The translations under genes and the position numbers were made by a program. A stretch of DNA of 64,000 nucleotides from Sedimentisphaerales bacterium (lineage in GTDB: Bacteria; Planctomycetota; Phycisphaerae; Sedimentisphaerales; SM23-30), in assembly GCA_963666285.1 (NCBI GenBank), contig OY762711.1, one strand, 5' to 3'. Below the pieces are notes generated by a model. That model was not told the DNA's origin and did not search any database. It saw only the letters and a list, made by a program, of their open reading frames with translations. Each line of letters begins with the position of its first letter. Within the stretch, counting starts at the first letter, position 1. This document shows, piece after piece, positions 1 through 7,920 of this stretch.

Positions 1-2430
1 GTTACTAATGATGGAATAGTCTATTACGGTAAATTTGAATGGCTGTTTAATGAACCAATTTGCTATAACTTTTTCTTGAAAAAAGAAATCTATGATTTGA
101 GTCAAGTGAGCATTCAATGTCAAGTTGATTGTCAGAAAGTCTTATCTGAAAAATCCATATTACTTTTTCGCTTAGACAGAAAGCCGTCGTCAGATAACGT
201 CCGCTATGAAATCGTTAGCGTACTACTATCAATAGGCAATAATGATGTTTTTGAGATTTCCATTGCCGATGGTTTATTACTTGTTGGTAAAGATAAGGGA
301 TATTCAAGTAAGAAATACTCATTATTAACACAATTAAAAACGATAGATCATTCCCTAAAAGACCTTCATTCTACGAACAAACCATTTTGGGGTATGTTAA
401 TTAAGCTTAGCAAAGATTCATACGTAGTACCTATTCTTCCCTGGACGCCAGTTATAACAATTCGTGGCATTATTGATAGAATTGACTACCATCAATACAA
501 TAAAGATATTTTAAACATATTAGAAGACAATCTGTTTGGTAATGAAAAAACTAATTCTTATATAAAAAGTAAAATAGACAATGATGAATGGTTAGTCCTT
601 TTAGATCAAGGGGAATGGGACAAAGTTTCTACAGCACAGTCAGAAATACTACAGATTATCCCACCTCCTAATGATATGACCTGTATTAAATGCGGAGGAA
701 TATTGCAGCAGGTTACTTCATATGGAAAATCAACCGGGGAATGTGTGTGCCTGAATTGTATTACATCCAAAGGTAATTGCCCTATATGCAGTAAACCATT
801 AAGATCAGACCATATGTATGAATGTGAGTTATGTAAAAGTGAATGGCATGAGATCGCTACTGCCCAATCAGATTTGAAGCAGATACCTCCATATATTGAC
901 GAGAAGTTAGTAGCATGTATTCAAGATGTCGCCCTCACATATAATGATAATAATATAAATATGTATATAGGTGACCTGTATATCTGTGAACAATCACTTT
1001 ATCACCTCTCTTTTGAAAGTGTATCTAAGCCATCTGTCTTTGCGGATGCTCTAACGGCTGGTATTTTTTTGGGGCCTATTGGCGCTGTTGCTTATAGCAG
1101 TTACAAACAATTATTCAGACCAGAAATTAAGGATGCCTTGAAAAATACCCCTGAGCATAGACAGAAACATGGTGCTATAACCTCAAAGAGAGATTTAGCG
1201 GCATTGCCATTATACAATAATTGGTGTATTGCTACTGAGATTCGCCTAGATGATATAATAAAAGCTGACTGCAACGAATTAACTTTATCTATAATAATAT
1301 CAGACATTTATGAAAATAAAGAAAAGGTCAACTGTGTATTAACAAAAATGACTTATGGGATTATTCCAAATATTATTTCACGATGGATTGCAACTGGTAC
1401 TTCAAACAATGAAAAGTGCTTGATGGAAGAGGTTGTTTACGGAGAAAAGTTAACCTGCAACGAACAAGCAGTCTTTGAAGCATTTTTAAGAAAAATACGT
1501 CTGTTTAAATGTACAGTAGTATACCCAGGCTTCTCATATGAATATTGTCAAAATATTAAAAAGTATTTTCTTAAAGATGAGGGCCTTTCCAAGAAAATTG
1601 GACACATACTTGGAATATATACAAACCAATCCGGAAAAGGAGGTGTTTTGTTTGCAACCGCTGGTCTCGTTTGGAAAAACTATGGTAAAGCACGCTATAT
1701 ATATTTTTCCAACCTGAATCCTGACAACATTGAATACGATAATACTTTCTTTTCCGATTTTCTTTGCATAGGAGATGACATTAAGATTCATTTTACGTCC
1801 TGCGACCCTGAGGAAATAAAAGCAATTGAGCAATTTATAAAAGATGCTTGTACTATTATTAATCCTGGTTCAGATGATGTTTCAGCCAATCACTCATTAT
1901 CATTAATATATGAAAAAGTAGAATGTGACAATGATGATTCTGCGTGTAAAAGACAAGATGAAAAGCCCAAGAATGATACAAGCAACAAGCAGGAACGACC
2001 ACCTTATATCAACGAGATACTAAAAAAATACAGGAATACTTTTACTAGTACGAACAATTCCATTTATTATGCTCCAGATATTCCTCCTCGTAAGGCAAAC
2101 AATGCTATAAGTTATACTAACGGAATATCTCCTGATGACATCCTAGTGCTAATAGATGACACCGTATTTGGTAGCGCTAAAGATGGTGTGTTAATTACTG
2201 AAAAAAGTATTTATTACCATGGAACTCTAGGAAAAGGGAACTATTGTAATATATCTGACATTGAAAATGTTGATTATAAGAAAGAGTTTTGTGAACATAT
2301 ATATATAATCAATAATAATCTCAAGATTAAAGTAAATTCTTCCACAATACCTAAAGAGAAGTCTGGAATGCTAGTCGATATGCTTTTAGAATTAGCGGCA
2401 AAAAGAAGGACTTCAGGAGAACAAGGTTGA
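1..2430 (+). CDS. Large multidomain hypothetical protein, 5'-truncated by the window edge; Cys-rich zinc-ribbon segment plus repeated PH-like modules
   Basis: Frame is open from base 1 (VTNDGIVYYGKFEW...), so the TTG at 76 is probably internal. Four CxxC pairs (CIKC, CLNC, CPIC, CELC). C-terminal LIDDTVFGSAKDGVLITEKSIYY module. Visibly AT-richer than core genes. Confidence 0.6.
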   Translation, partial: VTNDGIVYYGKFEWLFNEPICYNFFLKKEIYDLSQVSIQCQVDCQKVLSEKSILLFRLDRKPSSDNVRYEIVSVLLSIGNNDVFEISIADGLLLVGKDKGYSSKKYSLLTQLKTIDHSLKDLHSTNKPFWGMLIKLSKDSYVVPILPWTPVITIRGIIDRIDYHQYNKDILNILEDNLFGNEKTNSYIKSKIDNDEWLVLLDQGEWDKVSTAQSEILQIIPPPNDMTCIKCGGILQQVTSYGKSTGECVCLNCITSKGNCPICSKPLRSDHMYECELCKSEWHEIATAQSDLKQIPPYIDEKLVACIQDVALTYNDNNINMYIGDLYICEQSLYHLSFESVSKPSVFADALTAGIFLGPIGAVAYSSYKQLFRPEIKDALKNTPEHRQKHGAITSKRDLAALPLYNNWCIATEIRLDDIIKADCNELTLSIIISDIYENKEKVNCVLTKMTYGIIPNIISRWIATGTSNNEKCLMEEVVYGEKLTCNEQAVFEAFLRKIRLFKCTVVYPGFSYEYCQNIKKYFLKDEGLSKKIGHILGIYTNQSGKGGVLFATAGLVWKNYGKARYIYFSNLNPDNIEYDNTFFSDFLCIGDDIKIHFTSCDPEEIKAIEQFIKDACTIINPGSDDVSANHSLSLIYEKVECDNDDSACKRQDEKPKNDTSNKQERPPYINEILKKYRNTFTSTNNSIYYAPDIPPRKANNAISYTNGISPDDILVLIDDTVFGSAKDGVLITEKSIYYHGTLGKGNYCNISDIENVDYKKEFCEHIYIINNNLKIKVNSSTIPKEKSGMLVDMLLELAAKRRTSGEQG

Positions 2431-2810
2431 AGTTAAGTATAAAATAAAAATGTAAGTAAGATGTCGCTTATATAAGTAAAAGGCAATAGGTAAAGATTAA
2501 GATGTTGCTGACGCGAGTTTTTAAACGGCTAACGCCGAAACGGTTGACCACGAAACGCGAAAAGAAAATACAGGTCCTCAGATACTCGCTGATATTCGCA
2601 AATGATTAGAATACAAATTTCAAAAAGTTTTACCACGAATCCATCTAAGTCGGATAAGTTTGCAAGCTAAAATATAAAAGAGCTGAACCACGAATAAGCT
2701 ATGGTAACCGGAGCCTCCCGGTTAATTCAGGATCGAGTATAATATAATACGACGTCCTATTTTAAACGTGCTCGAAGCACAAACAATAAACCTTATTGGA
2801 GGCCCCAGTT

Positions 2811-3854
2811 ATGATTAAGTATATCGGATTAGATATGGATAGCAAGAAAACAGTTTCAATGGTATATGAAAATGGTACAGAGAAGTACGCGACATTACCT
2901 CCTGACATTGGCAGTTTGCAAGATTTTTTGATAAAGCATAAGTCTAAGAAGAATAAGGTATTTGTGGCGTTTGAGGTTAGCGGTTTGGCCGGTTGGATAT
3001 ATGATCAGATAGTTGACCTGGTGGATGAAGTGAAGGTAGTGAATCCCACCAAAGCTACCTGGATATATCGTACCAATAAGAAAAACGATCGAATAGATGC
3101 GCGTAAGATGGCAATTTTGTACAGTATTGATGAATTGCCAAGTGTTTATATGCCAGATAAGGCGGTAAGGCAATGGCGTCAGATGATATTGCATCGCCAG
3201 AAGACGGTACGTAAAGTTGGTCAGACCAAGAATCAGATAAGAGCGTTGATAAAGAGCAATGGCTATTTAGTGCCAGAGCATAAAGGCACCTGGTGGAGCA
3301 AGAAGAATCGAGTCTGGATGGAGAGCTTAACAAAGTCAAAAGAAGATGTACTGTGGAGTCTTCAGTTGGAAGATTTACTTGAACAGTTAAAATTACTGGA
3401 GAATCAAAGAGATAAGATAACAGCCAGACTGGATGAGAAGATAAAAGATAATCCTGGAGCTGAATTATTGATGAGTATTCCCGGGGTTGGTCCAAGGACA
3501 GCTGAGGCGATGCTTGCTTATACAGATGATATAGACAGGTTTAGTAACTATAAGCAATACAGTGCCTACTTTGGCTTAACGCCAAAGCTGGATGAGAGCG
3601 GTTCGACTCGCAGATTGGGACATATCAGCAAGCATGGTCCGCAGGTAGTGCGATGGGCATTATGTGAGTCAAGCTGGCGTGTTGTGAGGTTTTGCCCGGC
3701 GATAAGGCAGTTTTATGAGCGGGTCATGGCCGGTCAGGACGGCAGGAAAAAGATAGCGATAGTTGCGGTAGCACGTAAGTTAACATCGATAATGAGAGCC
3801 ATGTTGAAGACAGGCGAGATGTTTAACGCAGAAATGATAAATCAGGCTGCATAG
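2811..3854 (+). CDS. IS110-family (DEDD) transposase/recombinase
   Basis: YIGLDMD...AFEVS...KNDRIDA (DEDD RuvC-like), SIPGVGPRTA, GLTPKLDESGS, AIVAVARKL. GGAGG RBS at 2798-2802 precedes ATG 2811. Confidence 0.95.
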   Translation: MIKYIGLDMDSKKTVSMVYENGTEKYATLPPDIGSLQDFLIKHKSKKNKVFVAFEVSGLAGWIYDQIVDLVDEVKVVNPTKATWIYRTNKKNDRIDARKMAILYSIDELPSVYMPDKAVRQWRQMILHRQKTVRKVGQTKNQIRALIKSNGYLVPEHKGTWWSKKNRVWMESLTKSKEDVLWSLQLEDLLEQLKLLENQRDKITARLDEKIKDNPGAELLMSIPGVGPRTAEAMLAYTDDIDRFSNYKQYSAYFGLTPKLDESGSTRRLGHISKHGPQVVRWALCESSWRVVRFCPAIRQFYERVMAGQDGRKKIAIVAVARKLTSIMRAMLKTGEMFNAEMINQAA

Positions 3855-4225
3855 AAGACAATATAATAAAGGCTGAGCGACTATGCCGTAAGATCCCGGT
3901 GAATGTCAATTGAAGTTTAAGTTTACTTAAAACCTCGTCACGAAGAATGGGAGTTACGGTCTGTATAAAGTTTAATGTGCCGCCGAATAAGGTGAGTACG
4001 AATAGGAGGTTAGGTCGTTGAATGCCTGCCAAAAGCAGCTCAGTTAATAAAATATGAGGCCTCTGCCTCAGCTCAAAAGCTAACAGGGTTAGCCCCTGTA
4101 ACTTCTTACGCCATCGGCATCAGCCCATGTTTGGGTGAGAGCTGACGCCGAGGCGACGAAGCTACAGGGGCAAAAACCCAGGAAATTTGATAAAAATGTA
4201 AAAAAGAAGAAAAACAACTTGAAAT
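3855..4225 (+). ncRNA. Candidate bridge/seek RNA region in the right non-coding end of the IS
   Basis: About 370 nt with no credible ORF. Long hairpin at 4092-4171 (GCCCCTGTAACTTC...GAAGCTACAGGGGC) and TGAGGC/GCCTCA hairpin at 4055-4070. IS1111-group elements are known to encode their guide RNA downstream of the transposase. Confidence 0.6.
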
Positions 4226-4479
4226 GCTCCGGTTCATAGGATGGACACGAATTCACACCAATAATATATAAGTGACTCGCTACCGCTCGTGTTTAATTAA
4301 TAATAGTCTAATCTATTTATTAATTTATAAGCAAGTAGAATTCCCTATATTTTCTTATACATAAAATACTCCATATCAAAAAGACATTGTTCGGTTTCGG
4401 CTTTACACTCATATTTCAGTTTGATGAAAAAATAAGTTAACATGCCGACAATTGACCGGTTGAGATGCCAAAGAACTGA

Positions 4480-4800
4480 ACCACGGATCCGCCTGAGGCG
4501 GACAGGTTCACACCGATGCACACTGATAAAGAAAAAAATGGAAAGCGATTGGCAGATGAGCAGTAGAATAGAAAAAGGAAAGTTGCAGGCCAGGGAAATT
4601 TTGTAATAATTTATCTCTCGCAGAGGTCGCAAAGATCGCAAAGTTGAATACTACAAATAGAGAAAGTTTCTGCCGCCCTAAAGGGCTTTGGTTGTTTAAT
4701 TAACTTGTTTCCAGCGTTTGACGTTCCGGGATATATCATACCATCCCTGCGGGTTGCTGCCGAGCTCCGCCTGAGGCGGATTTCATTCAGCTCGGCGTTT
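4480..4800. repeat. Cluster of REP-like palindromes and 9-10-bp tandem repeats
   Basis: TCCGCCTGAGGCGGA at 4488-4502 and 4766-4780, with a degenerate copy TCCATCTAAGTCGGA at 2640-2654. TCGCAGAGG-TCGCAAAGA-TCGCAAAG at ~4618-4643. Confidence 0.6.
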
Positions 4801-4838
4801 CCAGGAATTATAAATTTTGCTGTTGAATAATAAAAAGT

Positions 4839-6779
4839 TTATTTGTCAGGGTTTTGCATGTAATAGAGATAGCCGTCCTCGGCGCCGACGAGCAGGTCGG
4901 GAATGTTGTCTTTGTTCCAATCGACGATAGTCGGGCTTGAGGTATGACCGGCCAGGATCCGGTCGTCCAGCAGTCCCCTGTCATCGAAAAGCCATTGGCC
5001 CGGTTCTGTCGAAATATTTTTATAGAACCTGACATTTTTATCGTTGGCCAAAAGGTCCAGCTTTCCGTCGAGGTCCCAATCGACGATAGTGAATTTACGG
5101 CGACCGCTGCGGCCGGCGTAACCATTTGTTAACTGGAATGGTTTTTCGGTGTCACCTGTTTTCAGTTTGAAGATACGCTGCGGAGCTTTAAGGGTGAGTT
5201 TGCCATTAAGTTGTACTCGCTGGAAATATGCGAGGTAGCCCTGATAGTCGAGCATAACCAGATCGTTGAGTCCGTCGCAGTTGAGGTCGATAATAAACGG
5301 GGTAGTTCGCCATTGGGTGATAAGCTCGTTATCCTGCGGCTTCCACCAGTTCCATTCGGGCGATTGCGGCTGAGACTGCCAGTTGATAGTTACCGGCTGC
5401 ATCGGTGCGAGTTCGGGAGAATGTTTTGACCCGATATTTTTGAACCAGACGATTTTGCCCCAGATAGAGTTGACAACAATATCGTGCAGGCCGTCGTTAT
5501 CGAAATCGGCAACGGTAAGAGTGGTATAGCCCCATTTTTCCTCGCACGGGCCCTGGATAGAGCCGTTCGGCCCGGCCATGATACGTATCTCCTGGCCGGC
5601 GGCGTAAAGTTTCCGGGGAGCGGCCCAAATTGGGTTGGCACCGCCGCCGAGGTTTTCGACGAAAATGATCCTGCCGGCGGTGTTGCCGCAGATGAGGTCT
5701 TCATCTCCGTCGGAGTCCCAGTCGATACTGTAAGGAGTAACTAAAGCTCCGACCTTTACACATTCAGCCTGCTGACGGAAGAAAGTCGGCAGCTGAAATT
5801 GCGGTATGCCGTCAGCGAATGTGCCTGAGTTTTCGATGAGGGCGACTCTGCCGTCTTCCTGGCCGACGACCAGATCGATATCACCGTCTTTGTCCCAATC
5901 GATAGCGACCGGCACGAACATACAAAGATCCATCTTGATGGGCGTGCCATTATGGGTGAGATAGTGACCGGCCGCATATTTCGGTTCGGTGCGTGTGCCG
6001 ATATTTTCGAAATAGGTAAATTTATCGATAAACTCGCCGCAGATGATATCGAGGTCACCATCGCCGTCGAAGTCAGCGAAGTCAGGGGTCGGCATGCCAT
6101 AGACATCAATCGGTTTGCCGTCGGCAATGATCTTGACGGGGTCCTGCCATGCGGGTTCGGAATCGCTACCGATATTTTTTACCAGATAGACATAGCCGTG
6201 CAGCGGGCCCCTGGTCCATTTGCCGTTTTGGTCGAAGGCATTATCCCAGCCGTACTCTGTCCAGTCGCCTAAACCGATTAATATATCGAGGTCGGAGTCG
6301 CCGTCGTAATCGCAGTATTTCCACTGGTTAGCACGGATATTTGTGCCGGTCTGGTAAATCTTAGAAGTAGGATATATCTTTTTGGTTTTGGAGAAGTTGT
6401 TCTCGATAAAATCTACATATTCGTGGTTAGCTGCGAGTATGCGAGCGCGGTTATTGACATACGAAATCTGAATATTGTTTATGCCGCCGGTGAGCCTTTT
6501 GGCAGGAGCGAAGACAGGATATTTTTTGTCAGAGCCGGTATTTTCGAATAGATAAATGCCATTATAAGGTTTATCAGTACAAGAGACAAGCAGGTCAAAG
6601 TCGCCATCGCTGTCATAATCGACCGGCAGCGGCCAACCCCAGAGGCCGACACCAAGATCGACAGTCAGATCGGGATTGTTATATTTGATACGTTCAAGCT
6701 TAGATGCATACAGGCTGGAAATTAGAGTAGATGATAATAAAACAGCTGTAACAATTAAATATTTCTTATAATGATTCAT
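4839..6779 (-). CDS. Secreted FG-GAP/VCBS-repeat beta-propeller protein
   Basis: Signal peptide and many DxDxDGDxDL repeats (DYDSDGDFDLL, DFDGDGDLDII, DWDKDGDIDLV, DWNKDNIPDLL). Confidence 0.85.
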   Translation of the reverse strand: MNHYKKYLIVTAVLLSSTLISSLYASKLERIKYNNPDLTVDLGVGLWGWPLPVDYDSDGDFDLLVSCTDKPYNGIYLFENTGSDKKYPVFAPAKRLTGGINNIQISYVNNRARILAANHEYVDFIENNFSKTKKIYPTSKIYQTGTNIRANQWKYCDYDGDSDLDILIGLGDWTEYGWDNAFDQNGKWTRGPLHGYVYLVKNIGSDSEPAWQDPVKIIADGKPIDVYGMPTPDFADFDGDGDLDIICGEFIDKFTYFENIGTRTEPKYAAGHYLTHNGTPIKMDLCMFVPVAIDWDKDGDIDLVVGQEDGRVALIENSGTFADGIPQFQLPTFFRQQAECVKVGALVTPYSIDWDSDGDEDLICGNTAGRIIFVENLGGGANPIWAAPRKLYAAGQEIRIMAGPNGSIQGPCEEKWGYTTLTVADFDNDGLHDIVVNSIWGKIVWFKNIGSKHSPELAPMQPVTINWQSQPQSPEWNWWKPQDNELITQWRTTPFIIDLNCDGLNDLVMLDYQGYLAYFQRVQLNGKLTLKAPQRIFKLKTGDTEKPFQLTNGYAGRSGRRKFTIVDWDLDGKLDLLANDKNVRFYKNISTEPGQWLFDDRGLLDDRILAGHTSSPTIVDWNKDNIPDLLVGAEDGYLYYMQNPDK

Positions 6780-6855
6780 AAACCTGCTCTTTCATAAAAA
6801 AGACATTCTCATGTCAGTAATGGAGATAGCCCCCGACAAATTAAATATTTAAAAG

Positions 6856-6883
6856 CTCAAAATGACCAATGGTCAGTTTGGAG
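6856..6883. repeat. Palindrome family TCAAACTGACC-N3-GGTCAGTTTGA, copy 1
   Basis: ctcaaaatgacc-aat-ggtcagtttggag; related copies at 10274, 13380, 14977 and 30058. Confidence 0.6.
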
Positions 6884-7000
6884 AAGTATTAATGGACAGA
6901 ATCATCGTATCAAAACAACGGTTAGATATCAATAGAAATTAAGCTTATTGGCAAAAGGGGCAAACAGCGAAAAAACTATAAAGCATTGCAGAATATAGAC

Positions 7001-7528
7001 TTATTCTTCGTATTCTTTTTCGAGCTGTTTGATGCCTCGGCGACAAGCCATTTTTGAGAAGGTAGTAAGCCGGTCGATGAAAAGTATGCCGTCGAGATGG
7101 TCGGTTTCATGCTGAAGAATGATAGCCGGCAGATCTATAGCATCGACGGTGAAAGAGTTTCCTTCGAGGTCCTGTGCGGTAACGGTGCAAGATTCTGCGC
7201 GTCGAACCTTTGCACGTATGCCAGGTACGCTGAGACATCCCTCTTCGCCTTCGCAGTTACCGATAAGGTTTGTAAGTACTGGATTTACAAGAACTTCGGC
7301 ATCTTCTCGGGTACCGGTAGGCGAAATAACTATAAGCCGTAGTGAAACACCTACCTGGGGAGCGGCCAGACCGACACCGTCAGATTCAACCATAAGCTCA
7401 ACCATCTTGTCTGCAAGCCGAACGATCTCTTCGTTGACTTCAGTAATTTCCTTAGCTTCCTGGGCCAAGATCGGGTTGGGATAATGGATAATTTCTAAAC
7501 TGTCAATATCTGGTAGGTTATATTCCAT
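7001..7528 (-). CDS. def: Peptide deformylase
   Basis: GVGLAAPQVG, EGCLS and QHETDHLDG motifs. Confidence 0.97.
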   Translation of the reverse strand: MEYNLPDIDSLEIIHYPNPILAQEAKEITEVNEEIVRLADKMVELMVESDGVGLAAPQVGVSLRLIVISPTGTREDAEVLVNPVLTNLIGNCEGEEGCLSVPGIRAKVRRAESCTVTAQDLEGNSFTVDAIDLPAIILQHETDHLDGILFIDRLTTFSKMACRRGIKQLEKEYEE

Positions 7529-7920
7529 CTATACGCCTCGTGTAAAATCAAATCAGATCGCCCGGAGGAAAGCAGCGGTAATGTAATAATTTACATCGCG
7601 TTTGAACGGTCAATCTCAATTATTCAGGGTAGCCAAGTACCCCCGTCAGGTTTGCATTTCTACTTATATTCCAATAGATTATAGTATAAAAACCTAACCA
7701 AATCCAAATAAAATCACCATTTGAAAATAAGCTTAAGGGCCTGATAATAACTGCATTTTCGATACTGATATTGAAAATGGTCATCAGAAGTCATTTTTTT
7801 TACCGGATAAGATTATTTATTGATATTTTAAGGACGATTAAAGAAAAGCCTATAGATTAATTTGTCATAGACAATTATACATGCGAAAAAGAATTTGTGT
7901 TAGATTAGGAGAAGTGGTAA

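Larger units (their letters stand above)
2694..4240 (+). mobile_element. IS110-family insertion sequence, IS1111 subgroup, apparently complete (~1.55 kb)
   Basis: Transposase ORF. Sub-terminal imperfect IRs ATGGTAACCGGAGC (2701-2714) and GCTCCGGTTCAT (4226-4237) lie 7 bp and 3 bp inside the inferred ends. Long non-coding region downstream of the transposase. Removing the element restores a 10-bp tandem repeat. Confidence 0.85.

Noticed and set aside
2525..2550. Possible integron attC site (GGCTAAC...GGTTGAC) near an IS1111 element
   Set aside because: There is no full R''/L''/L'/R' arrangement, cassette array or integrase, and the IS target reconstructs as a tandem repeat instead.
4345..4641. 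98-aa minus-strand ORF (and similarly 21598-21855 and 3823-4032)
   Set aside because: These run through repeat, terminator or IS non-coding sequence and have no recognisable protein features.
7552..7580. SRP RNA-like string TCAGATCGCCCGGAGGAAAGCAGC
   Set aside because: It lacks the CAGG-NCC-GNRA-GG-AGCAG paired helix-8 geometry and has no long flanking stem.
7560..7660. TPP-riboswitch-like look on the minus strand (GGGGGTAC...TGAGA...)
   Set aside because: The CUGAGA and ACCUGAU...UAAU...GCG-AGG core is not matched, and the downstream gene (def) is unrelated to thiamine.
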